From contig NIVC01002005.1 in the NCBI GenBank assembly GCA_002269645.1, positions 130,050 through 194,049 on the forward strand: DNA of 64,000 nt, written 5' to 3'. Positions within the stretch are counted from its first letter, which is position 1; each line of letters begins with the position of its first letter. Below are positions 48,201-59,343 of the stretch, piece by piece. The stretch comes from Macrostomum lignano. Lineage: Eukaryota. A model generated the notes under the pieces. That model made no database searches. It worked only from the letters and a program-made list of their open reading frames with translations, and was not told the origin of the DNA. A program made the position numbers and the translations under genes.

Positions 48201-50987
48201 CCTGTCAGCGAAATGCCGGCTGCACCAGGAGTGTGGGACTGGAACCATCGAAATCCCAATGCGTGTTGTAAGATAAATCCAAAGTATTTGCCATTTTGCA
48301 CAGTTTTATCAGATGAATGACTATTAAAGTTGATACTTTTTTTCATAATATTTTTGTTCTAGTCATATTGCTCACGTTATTCACACACCATCATTTATGA
48401 AGTTTAGTCGTCGTTTTTCCTGCTACCACAGGATCGAATTGTCTCGACGTCTTTGGGCAAAGTATTCCACTTCTTTGGACGATGGCAGCGTCAAGTGTGC
48501 AGCCGCAACGTATCTTGCGCATTCTCTGTGCCAGGAATGCTCGATTCGGGTGAATTCAGCGAATTACCTCCAGGTATCGCTTTTGAACCAAGGACCTTAG
48601 TGGTCCTGGTATTGAACTCTCTGGATATTACTCGCAGTTTTTTTCATAACGGCTCAAAAAACAAGCGCTATTAATACATTTTGCAACTAAATAGAAATTT
48701 TAATTAATTTCAGTTCAACCAACTGACTTACAGCTTGAGTTGATTAATTCTGAGCTGTGGCTACTCAACGGAGCGATTCAGTTCCGTGCGGTTTCCGAAC
48801 ACGCCTGTCACAGTCTGAGGCACCGCTGTGAGCTGAGGCTTTTAAATGGAAGCGCAGTCACTGCTGTGCAAGTGAAGCGGGTAAGATTAATGTAATAATG
48901 CGTGGATAAAACATTTTACTTGGAATAATATACGGGTTAGTATAATTTCTATAATGCGCTTGTATACTAAAACGAAAAATTTCGTACTAATGCACATATA
49001 TATGCAATTGTATTTCACTTGAATAAATATATCCAGCTAGCGTATTTTTTCGGTTACAATTGCTAAATCAAAACTTCAGCAAGGATCACAGCCACGTACA
49101 TCTCAGTGTGTGAGCAGAGTTCAGACAGACTTTGCTGTGGTGGCTGAGCTCATCGACACAGTCAATTCCACGATACTTTGTTACAAGCAAGCCGGAACAG
49201 TCAACTATTCTCTGCCGGTTATGAAACTGCGTGAGTTGAGTTACAAATATCAAAGTAAAATTTATTTATATGAATATTATAGAGATTTAGTATTTATCAA
49301 TGGATAGCTTGATTAAAACAGGAAGTATGAATTTGCATAACGTAACTACGCCAGAATATAAAAAAAACTATAGAATCTTGCGAGAATCGTGATTAGTTTA
49401 AATCGAAATTCAGCGAAAAATACTACAAAATAATGTGAGTTGTGATTTTATTCGAAATTAAATCGATTTTAGGATAAGAATTCATTTTTCTTCATGCCTT
49501 ATCTATTTGAGTCTTTTAATATACATACAAGTGAAATTTATGGATATAGTGTTTTTATCAATTAAAAAAATGCGTGTCTTATGTACAACTGATTTATTCA
49601 ATGCTAAAAATTGAAAATAAAAGAAAAGATTCTTGCAATGATCATTCCTCTATCCTAGCTGTTCGAGAAATTCAATGGAGATTCCCAGATTCTGCTGGAA
49701 TCACTGCGGGTGCTCCAGTGCGCATTTTGTTTACAACAGCTGCAAGCATCCGAGGCCTGTCAGCGAAATGCCGGCTGCACCAGGAGTGCGGAACTGGAAC
49801 CATCGAAATCCCGATGCGTGTTGTAAGATGAAAAATCAAAGTATTTGACACCCAACGCAGGCAAATAAAAAAATATATTTAGACTAAGCTAAACATTAGT
49901 TTGCATCAGATGAAAGCCTATTAAGGTTGATACTTTTTCGTACACTATTCTTGTAGTAGCCATATTGCCCACGTTATTTATACACCATCACTTATGAAGT
50001 TCACTCGTCATTTTTCCTGCTACCACAGGATCGAATCGTCTCGACATCTTTGGGCAAAGTATTCCACTTCTTTGGACGATGGCAGCGTCAAGTGTGCAGC
50101 CGCAATGTGTCTTGCGCATTCTCTGTGCCAGGAATGCTCGGTTCGATTGAATTCAGCCAATTACCTCCAGGTATTGCTGTTGACCTCTCTTGTGATTCAT
50201 TTATTTCATAACAGCTCATAAAAACATGCGTTCTTAATGCATTTACAACCGTTTCTCCGTTTTATTGATTTCAGTTGAACCAAATGACTTACAGCTTAAG
50301 TTGATTGATCCTGAGCTGTGGCTACTCAACGGAGCAATTCAGTTCCGTGCGGTTTCCGAACACGCCTGTCCCAGTGTGAGGCACCGCTGTGAGCTGAGGA
50401 CGGCTACTAACTATTCGATTCCCGCGACGCTAATAAAGAAGGTTGTTTTTGGCTGTTGGCAGCATTATGTAGCTCGCTATTTGTGCAAGATAGTATGCTT
50501 TGCTTAACTTCAGGATGTCTCGAAGCCCACCGGGTCGCGGTGCTTCAGCTCGTCGCAGTTCTTAGCGTTCGCTCAGCCATCAGACGTAGCGGGTTCCACT
50601 GTGAGATGCCGCCTGCTCAACGGCAGCTCTGCGCTGCTCGTGCTGCCCGAACTGGGTTTTGGTGAGTGTCGCGGCTGATTTCAGATGTTATTCCACGAAG
50701 AAGCAGCCCTGCTTTAAATATCGCCTCCATCAACAGGAGAGACGAGACTGGCGGGAGTCTGGGAGCGGCCACTGCTAGCAGCTTCATCAACAACGGCTGT
50801 TCTCGCCATCATTGCATTGGTAGCAGTGGTGGCCTGCTTTGTGCTGATGAGATCTGGTCAGTGGCCACCTTGGAAAGAATCGCCGGATGCGGCAGTAGTG
50901 AATGAGTCGGTGAAAATGCAACCGACAGTCAGTAACCAATACTATGGCGAATCAGCAGGCATTGTAAGCAGCTTTAATGTGATTTGA
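45229..50987 (+). CDS. Type-I membrane protein, ~962 aa: signal peptide, CUB, CUB, six ~100-aa 4-Cys repeats, TM, 45-aa tail (16 exons)
   Basis: Exons 45229-45304, 45378-45728, 45821-46156, 46553-46713, 46893-47040, 47201-47370, 47576-47726, 48104-48267, 48432-48573, 48714-48880, 49080-49230, 49659-49822, 50029-50170, 50275-50441, 50514-50661, 50737-50987. All GT-AG and phase-compatible, 2889 nt, no internal stop. CUB motifs YSNNLDVSWSI/FRSDGSVTKSGF and FTTDGSVVREGF; TM VLAIIALVAVVACFVLM. Confidence 0.85.
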
Positions 50988-51283
50988 GGCACCAGACTTC
51001 ATCATATTTTCAGCAATGTCAAATTATTAATCATGCTTGCATCCGACTTTCAGCCTGATGACTCAACCGGAGTTTACGTCACGTGAAAAAGCCACCAAAA
51101 ATGACTAATTACTACATACAGAAGACGATCGATACGAGCTAAAAAACCTAAAAATCTAGGGCAGTAGCTTTTTCTAAAATTTTTAACCTAGGTCTATTGC
51201 TGCTATAGTTTTACTTTGCTTAAAAGTCAGTAATTACTTTCAACATTAGGTGTATATGTATCTGATTAATTCGGCAACTTTTG

Positions 51284-51907
51284 ACTCAGCAACAGTCAAA
51301 AGTTCTACCCTCCAAATTGCGAAAACTTCACACTCACAATTCAACCCTCAAGTTACGCAACTAAGCCGCCGCGAGGAAGGGAAAGTTGATTGAATATCAA
51401 TACTCGTAGTAAAATCATAATTTTTAATGCAATATTTAGTTAGAATCGCGATGCGTGTGAGATCCCCTCGCACGCAGTAAGTGCGACGACTCTGCGGGGC
51501 ATCCCAATGATGAGGCGGCGCAGAAAGTCCTGGGGAAGCCGCTCCGAAGCGTTTTCAATGGCATGACGCAGAGCTCTCCGCAACATTCTGTGGTGGATTC
51601 TCTTTTCGAATGCTACGTTTTAGGAAGTCCCAGACATGCTCGATGGGATTCATGTCTGGGGACCGGGAAGGCCAGCGCAGAGTGCGCAGCTGTAGCTGTT
51701 CCTTCAGTTGACTAACAGCATCGGCTTGGTGTGGCGGGGCGTTGTTCCTGAGCTAGGTCTGCTTAATGTCCAGGCCTGGACCATTAAGCAGACCCAAGCC
51801 ACCCCCAAGCGGCAATAAGCTTTGCGCGTGCCGTAGGTTGCGTCACTCGCAATAAGTTAAAAAAATCATCACGCTTAGTGGGGTGGAACTTTTGACTGTT
51901 GCTGAGT
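51284..51907. mobile_element. MITE-like element with 27 bp inverted termini (ACTCAGCAACAGTCAAAAGTTC(T/C)ACCC)
   Basis: 51284-51310 and 51881-51907 are reverse complements with one mismatch; no TSD seen. Confidence 0.75.
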
Positions 51908-52943
51908 ATATCAATATTAACCCGATGTAATAGCCTCTCCTGTACTCCTGATGGTCCTGATGCTTTATATAGTATAAAGTAAAACCAATTATCTTGTCAT
52001 TTACTCAAGGTAGGTAATGCTCAACTGTAGAGCACTAATTAAAACAACATTGATCATCAATAAATAACTTTGCAATCCAATAGATAAAATGATTGATTAA
52101 ATTCTGTGTTTTTGACCTTGATGAAAATTTGAAATTGCGAATCGACGGTTTTAAAATATTTGATAAGAAGTATAATCACGCCAATTTATTTCTACTGAAG
52201 TTTTTCGTCTGTTTGGTTTGGTGTTTAAAGTTATTGCGAGATTATTGCAATTGAAATTTAGATTTAAAATTAATAAGTCTGTAAATTTCATCAATCTTTA
52301 GCATCAAGTCTTTAGCAACATGTATATCCGTTTGCTATTATAAGTTATTTTATTTATAGATGTTTCTTGTCCTTACAGAAGTGACAGCCTACTAGAAGAT
52401 AGTATAGTAGCTCTAGCTTAGAAAAAGTATTAGCTTAGTTCGCTTGGACTCGGGTATTCATTAAAACCGCATGAAATTCTAAGATTCGGTGTCAGCGTTT
52501 GGGTGGAGTCTAGTGACGAAGTTTATTAATATATTATATAATATATTCAATACCGAATAGAAACGCTGTAACAATTATACAGACTGTACTATAAGAGTTA
52601 TACTACAAGCTATTAAAGTTCTTTACTGAAATACATCAACCGATTAATTTATTGATAATATGGCTTTCTAAAACGTTTAGGCTCTGCAGTTTATTCGCAA
52701 ACAGTCTAGCTGTACATGAACGCCAAAGCTTATGCATAAAAATGCTGCGCATCTCATTGTTGCCAACAGAATTTTGGCCAATTTTTATCATGTGAAACAT
52801 TAAATTCTTCCTTGCCGCAGTGCAAGGGGTGCAAGGGCTTATAAACTTCAAATATAAACCGGAAAATGTAATGTACGCTCGTACCTGACACTAGGCATTC
52901 GCATTTCGCTTGATGGCTCAAGCAATAAAAATTTAATTACACC

Positions 52944-53335
52944 GGGCCGTAGCCCAGTGATCTATAGTGAGGTAGTGTCTGCGGCCCAGGCTCGAGTCAA
53001 AGTGCAGTCACATTTATTTAAGTCCTAATTGGAATCTCAGCTTGGCTCTGCTCATGCAATTAGCAGCCTTGAGGGCCAATCACAAGGCGCAGTGAAGTGT
53101 GCATTCTAGACGATAATTAAATAAAGTTAGGGTTGCTGTACACTCCTGTGTGAGAGGATAATTAAATAAAGTTAGGGCTGCTGTACACTCCTGTGTGAGA
53201 GGATAATTAAATAAAGTTAGGGATGCTGTACACTCCTGTGTGAGAGTATGCCTGTGCGTATGACTGCGTACGTATCCGTGCGATTGTGCTCAAGGGAGTC
53301 GTGGGAATGGGCAGTAATGTCTCTCGCTGGTTTTG
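52944..53335 (+). mobile_element. tRNA-derived SINE copy with an internal 3x45 bp tandem duplication, 3' truncated
   Basis: A-box-like TAGCCCAGTGA and B-box-like GGCTCGAGTC; body homologous to 58980-59343. Confidence 0.75.
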
Positions 53336-54003
53336 TGACGAAACTTTTTTCTTACTTTTTTATCTTACCCGTATTGCACACATGTATTAGTAGCTGATCT
53401 CTGTTAGCATACCATTTGTACAAGCTTACTATAAAAAAACAGAAACGACAGCGAGACAGCTTGCTTATCAGGGCATACCTGCAGATATCTCAGATCCTGT
53501 AAGCGTCCAAGTTAAATTGCAACCATGGGAGGTTATGTATACGACGAACATTCAAATGAAAAAGTGCTCCAATGGTGGCAAAAACTTTCATTGGCAGTAG
53601 ATTTTGGCACGCTGAAGACACAGGCCGAGTAAAAAACTTGGCTAAGAATAAAGCATACTCAAGCTATCAAGCCTAAAGCCCTGATAAAATGAAGTACGAT
53701 CGTAGATGTGTCGTCGGATTGTCAGATCCACCGCGAGATTATTTTATCTTTCGATCAAATTAGTTTTTTTACAGTTACTTGTTCTTTAGTTTGTGCAATT
53801 TCACTCTTGGACGTTTTTGACTCACTAAGTAATTGTTCTTGGTCACGCACCAACCCATATAATGGCTGTGCACGCTACTCTCTAGTCGTATGCACTTCAG
53901 CTAAGCCGACCACTAAGCAGCTAAAGGGCACGCTCTACTGTCTTATAAACTTGCAATCAACTTCCCTCGGTCTCCGAACCCATAAGTTCGCAATGCTATT
54001 TGC

Positions 54004-54279
54004 ACTCAGCAACATTGAAAAGTCGCCACTCTTTGCTCCAATGAGCAATTTCTCTTGAACTTCTAGTAATTCTGAAAAAAATTACTAGAAAACTGATCGG
54101 GTAGCTTTAATCCGTCCAACCCTCGCACACCGCTCCCCCCACTTCATTCATCAACTCAAGTCTGTCGTGGCGTAGCTAAGTTGCGTCACTCGCAAAGATT
54201 CAGAGACTTTACCTGCACTCTCAAAAGTGGCGACCTCGAAGGAATCTTCGGTGATGGAGAATTTTCGGTGTTACTGAGT
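54004..54279. mobile_element. Second, shorter member of the ACTCAGCAACA MITE-like family
   Basis: Left ACTCAGCAACATTGAAAAGTCGCCACT; right AAAAGTGGCGAC...TGTTACTGAGT; shares subterminal GTTGCGTCACTCGCAA with 51284-51907. Confidence 0.6.
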
Positions 54280-55934
54280 ATATAGGGCCCGATATATACG
54301 ATAAGATCGTTTTTAACTCCTATCTCCACAGTGTAAAAGTTCCTACGTACGATCAAACTTACGCTACGACAGCTTTAGAGTACGACCCCATAGTTTTTAA
54401 ATGCGTTCTCGTCAGGACGATCAGATCGATGAAGCGGTGGGAAGCCAAGGCAGCTGACGCATTGAAATTGAACCTTACCCCGATTGTCAAGGCAACTTCG
54501 TGAGTTTTAACAAACATTAAAATTACTCCGCGAATGAATACATTTTTTACGATAATGAAATTTGAACATACCCACGCGCTTATTGTTGATCGTAATCTAG
54601 TCTCTAAAATTTAGATCTAAAAAGACACTAAAGTTTCTTGACTAACAGCGCGGTTTTAACTGATATTCATCCATCCATAGATCTTCGTTCATGCATAGAA
54701 GAAATGAAGTTTTTTCTGTTTGCAGAACAATTAACCTCAAAAGTCATCAGTTAATGAATGAACGAATATGAACAGATTGTCAACACAAAATACCATAAAA
54801 TATTGATTTTTGCAAAATTCATGATATTAATTTCGAGTGATGTGCAAAGCTTTTTATTGCATATTAACAAAATTGTATGAGTCTGTGAAATTCCAACAGA
54901 AATTCAAATTTATCATTCTGAATTCTCCTATTTAAGTTTCTATTCATCCTTAGATACATACAGATTGTCAATTATGGTTTCTAGGTAAATTGCTCGCAAA
55001 AATAAATTAAACTGTCAATAAACTTAACTCGATCAAGAACGGTTGTTCTTTTGAAAGCAGGATCATTAAGAGCCACTCAAAATAGGCCTTCTGATGACAA
55101 AGCGAACTGAACTTATTCGGGGAGCGTTTGATCAACATGATTTACTTTGCCAACAACGGATCCCCGGGCACTCGGATCAACCCAACAACGAGATGACCAA
55201 TCACCAATTAGCCCTTTCTTTGACCCCCTGCCTGTGGCCTCCATCCCACTGCTATTGTAACCACTTGTGGGGGTGCAACGAAGCACAAGGAGAGATAACC
55301 GCCGATAGTTCAGCTCTGCCGGCAGGATCCCCTCTTCCTCCTGCCCTCCGCAGGCCTTGCTTGGAATCAACCGCAGTCTGGCACCAAGGCGGTGACCACG
55401 GCTATCTCAGGTCATGGCTGGTCAGTTCAAGGAAGCATTTAATTTTAGAATGCCTCCTCTTTATTTAGGACAGGCTCACCGCGGCGCAAATCTGGATTTT
55501 TTCGACAGTTTCAAGCACGGGAATTTCTGCCACCTCGTCCATGCCTAAGGGCTACCGGGCGACCGATCACTCACCTCCTGGAGGGGGACAGAACTGAGAA
55601 CACCGGCACCACGGGATCTCCCTGCGCGACACAGTAGCACCAGCTGCCCGTGATCGCAGGGGTCTGCGGAATGGACGGCAACACCTCCCTTCTGCACCCA
55701 TATTCTGGGAAGCCTTGCAGCTAATTCTAGCGGCAAGTGTGCAGTGTCCGTCATACAAAAGCTCGCAGTTGATAAATCAATCGTTTTTACAAGCCCGTAC
55801 TCATGGACAAAGAAGACAAACGCTATAATATCCCTCTCGCAATACAGTTCGAAATAAACTGATACATACTTCCCCACCAACACACTGCGCGCTTTTTGCT
55901 AAAAGTAGTTGGTGAAGTCTCTTGCTAAAGTTTT

Positions 55935-56090
55935 CGAATTCGATGTTGTGAAATTTTGACCTTGTGAAGTTTCGACCTTGTGAAAGTGGTTGCTATTTGA
56001 GTTCTCGATGTTATGAAATTTCGACCTTGTGAAATTTCGATCGTGTGAAAGAAGGTGCTTTCGACGTTGTGAAATTTCGAGTTTGTGAAA
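55935..56090. repeat. Degenerate 16 bp repeat (TTGTGAAATTTCGACC)
   Basis: About 8 interspersed copies. Confidence 0.75.
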
Positions 56091-57024
56091 CCCCCCTTCA
56101 ATGAATGGCTTCGAAAAGGAACATATTTGGCCCAGCCAGAAATTTGAATCCCTTGGGGAGTGGAGGGAGTGGGCCTGTACAATATCGAAAATATACGATT
56201 CCCCATTCCCTTGCATTTTCTGTATCCCCTGTCACCCTTTTTCTGCGCTAACACCACTGAATAGAGGCCAGCTAAATTCCCAAAAGACACCACAGATCCG
56301 AACCACCAAGAGCGCTTTCTTCTGAAAATAAAGTTCGTTCATTTCTTGGCATTGAGTTGGGTGTGTCAATAATTTCAGCATTAACGACAGTTAAATTGAT
56401 CAAATTTGAGTGTTGAGAACTATATGTTCGAATAATTGAACTAAATTTTTATCAATGTGTTTCATTAACTGGTTACTAACTCTTTTAAGGCTTATTAAGC
56501 CGTTATTACCCATGTGAATGTTACAGTTATTATATTTTTTACATTTTAATTACAAAGTTTAGCCTTTCAACAACGACGCCTAATCTGTTTTGCATACTTG
56601 TCCTGTCTTACATTTACTACAATGAACAACAGTATCTGCTTGTAACTATCTATACTTCGAGATTTGTGTGTCATCTGAAACGAAAGGGTTGGTATTTTTA
56701 GCAAATATATACTTTCACAATCACATTACAGTGTGAGTTACAAACGTACAAATATTACAAACTCCATAAAAATTTACAACCGAAACAAATTCACGGGGCG
56801 CTTTCATTAGGCAAAAATTTCACTTTGCCGAAAAGCACTCTCTTTCACTAGGCCGAACCTTATGGAAGAGCATACTCGGCAATGTGAAGTTTCGGCTTAG
56901 TAACCCCCCCCCAAATTCACTAAGGTGGCTTTAAGCTACCTCAAATTTCCGAATTTCAAATCTTCAAACCCAAAAAGCAAAAAACTAAGACAGTTTTTCA
57001 CTCAATCCCCCATAGCATTGCTCC

Positions 57025-57245
57025 ACTCCTCTCTACCCTCTCTCCCCTCTACCCTCTCCCTCTCTCTACCCTCTCTCCTCTCTAGCCTCTCTCCCTCTCT
57101 ACCCTCTCTCCTCTCTACCCTCTCTCCTCTCTACCCTCTCTCCTCTCTACCCTCTCTCCTCTCTACCCTCTCTCCTCTCTACCCTCTCTCCTCTCTACCC
57201 TCTCTCCTCTCTACCCTCTCTCCTCTCTACCCTCTCTCCTCTCCC
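57025..57245. repeat. 16 bp CT-rich minisatellite (CTCTCTCCTCTCTACC)
   Basis: Direct inspection. Confidence 0.9.
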
Positions 57246-57829
57246 TACTTCTTTTCTAAAAGCCCGCTTTCTAAAAGCGCAAATATTTACAGGTGTAAAT
57301 TTATCGTCAATTTGATGCTTTTAATCTTCTTTCGACTGCAAACAAAAAGTTGTTCTCGGGGGCTCTTAGCTCTACGCTACTAAAAGTAGTCTGATGCGCA
57401 TTTAAATTTTATGAAACTTCACACATCTTTCCGAAAAAAATTATTTCACAATGTTGGCACTAGGCAACAGCAAATATAGCCCTAACGTTTATTGTAAAGA
57501 GTAACCACCTATTATTGTGATAAAAAACGGTTCTCCCGCTAGGCTGAAAGGGCAGTGCTATTAAATAAAGCTGCCTTGAACATGAAACACGCCAAACTTA
57601 GGTTGCCGCCTCATAGGCCGCCGGGCGATCACCGGGCGGCTTCGATTAGGATTAAAAAAATCGTCCATATTAAGGCTATATAAAGTATTACGAGTAAAAA
57701 ATCACCATTTCTCATTGAAAAATCAGATCATATTTCATTGTAAAGTGTAAATAAAAATATTTACCGACTGCCCTCACAGGCGGCCGCGAGGGCGCACACC
57801 GCCCACTGTACGCCCCACTTAGTTGTCCC

Positions 57830-58245
57830 ACTGGTCCCAGTGTCCTTCACCAGACTCTTTATTGCCAGCCTCAAAATGCAGAAAAGTCTTTGTGTCACCG
57901 GACTGTCGGTAGATCACCCACGAGTTCCGCACAAGCATCGCAAGAAGATGAAATCCTAGCGTGTGGAACCAGCGCATGCTCTTTCGGTTTGCGAGATACG
58001 GGTGCATTGAGACGTCCAAATGGTTAATCCCGGCCATGCTGGAAGAGTAGGCAAGCACGCTGGCAGGCTTTTGCACCACCTGCTTTGCAACACCGCGAAC
58101 CTGAACGCATTCTGCCTTGCCCGCCGTGTCCAGCAAATGCAGAGTCTTGATGCTGCTTAGCTTCTTGTCGACAAATTTACACGCCAGGAGGTCACTTGAA
58201 TGTGCGAATGCAGATGAAGTTTGAAGTTTGGTGACAGCCTGCAAA
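57830..58245 (-). pseudogene. Second piggyBac transposase fragment
   Basis: DLLACKFVDKK...KPASVLAYSSSMAGINHLDVSMHPYLANRKSMRWFHTLGFHLL; close nucleotide match to 41385-41610. Confidence 0.88.
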
Positions 58246-58784
58246 TAAGCTGAAGCTGTTGTATTGTTACTCGTATATAAGTGTCTTCACAGAAACTCTC
58301 CGTTTAAAAAAAGTTAGGATGGAAAATTTATGCATGCATGACATATGATAGCATCGTCTGTTTATTCTTCTCGTCTACCTTTTTATTCCATTTTTGTTGC
58401 CTTCAAACTTCAGCCTGTACACTCAGCAATCAAGGTGATAGCGTAAAAAAAGTCAAATAATTTTCTGCCTCGACTCTCGGTGACTGTACGCTAGAATACC
58501 ATTTTTCATACTGGATATTTGTACTTGCGAAAAGTTACGAATGACAACTTAGTTTCCTAATGCAGCAGCTCTGTGTTGCAACAGTTAGTTTTTTAATTTT
58601 AATTTCGTTGCTAACGGAACAACAGGTACCGTCGAAAAGCTTGCGATAAGATGAAATGTCCGTTTTACTTTATTTGCATGTTTCCTTTGCAAAACTGCAG
58701 ACGTGTACGATACGTGCACACGCATCGTTTTCTGTCGTCTAGAAGCAACAATTTACCATACGGTAATTTAAAGGCTGCGTGCAT

Positions 58785-58895
58785 CCAACCCTGGCGCACT
58801 TTGGGCGTTTAAGCGACATTGTCACTTAAGCGACTCCCCTGGGCAGGCATACACACGAGCAGACCCCCACACAGGAGTGTACAGCGGCTTTGACT
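58785..58895 (-). mobile_element. Partial inverted copy of the SINE 3' body
   Basis: Reverse complement contains GCCGCTGTACACTCCTGTGTG...GGGGAGTCG...TGTCGCTTAAA...AAAGTGCGCCAGGG. Confidence 0.65.
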
Positions 58896-58979
58896 GTATT
58901 TATTTCTTTATAAAATTCGAAAAATTAGTTTTCAGGTAAATTTTCCTGTTTATAATCGAAGTTTATAAGCCGTGATGTT

Positions 58980-59343
58980 AGGGGGGGGGGGGCGTAGTCC
59001 AGCGGTCTAGCGCAGGCTCTGGTGTGAGAGCAACCCAGGCTCGATTCCAAGTGCAGTCACATTAATTTGGGGCTGAATTGGAATTTCGGCTTGGCTCGCT
59101 TGTGCAATTAACGGCCTTGAGAGCCAACCCCCCAAGGCGCAGTGAAGTGTACATGCCTAACAATTGATAAAGTTAGGGCCGCTGTACAGTCCTGTGTGAG
59201 TGTGTGCCTGCGTAACGTATCCGCGCGCTTGTATGCCTGCTCAGGGGAGTCGGCGGAATGGGCAGTAATGCCTCTCGCCGGTTGTGTGCCTATGTCGCTT
59301 AAAGTGCGCCAGGGTGCACACAACCCCCCTGTTTCTAATAAAA
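58980..59343 (+). mobile_element. Full-length tRNA-derived SINE (~364 bp) with a 13 bp target-site duplication
   Basis: Head GGGGCGTAGTCCAGCGGTCTAGCG...GGCTCGATTCC (A/B boxes); A-rich tail; TSD AAGCCGTGATGTT at 58967-58979 and 59344-59356. Confidence 0.85.

Noticed and set aside
50666-50905. ORF-track frame MSRLISDV... as the last exon (acceptor near 50684)
   Set aside because: It would need a ~23-nt intron and gives no TM; acceptor 50736 gives a 75-nt intron and a TM-containing frame.
51053-51090. CTGATGA...GAAA hammerhead-like motif (also 40826-40845)
   Set aside because: Helix II does not lead directly into GAAA or is too short; no helix I/III pairing.
58985-59060. tRNA gene
   Set aside because: A/B boxes are present but there is no cloverleaf or acceptor stem; it is a SINE head with body, tail and TSD.
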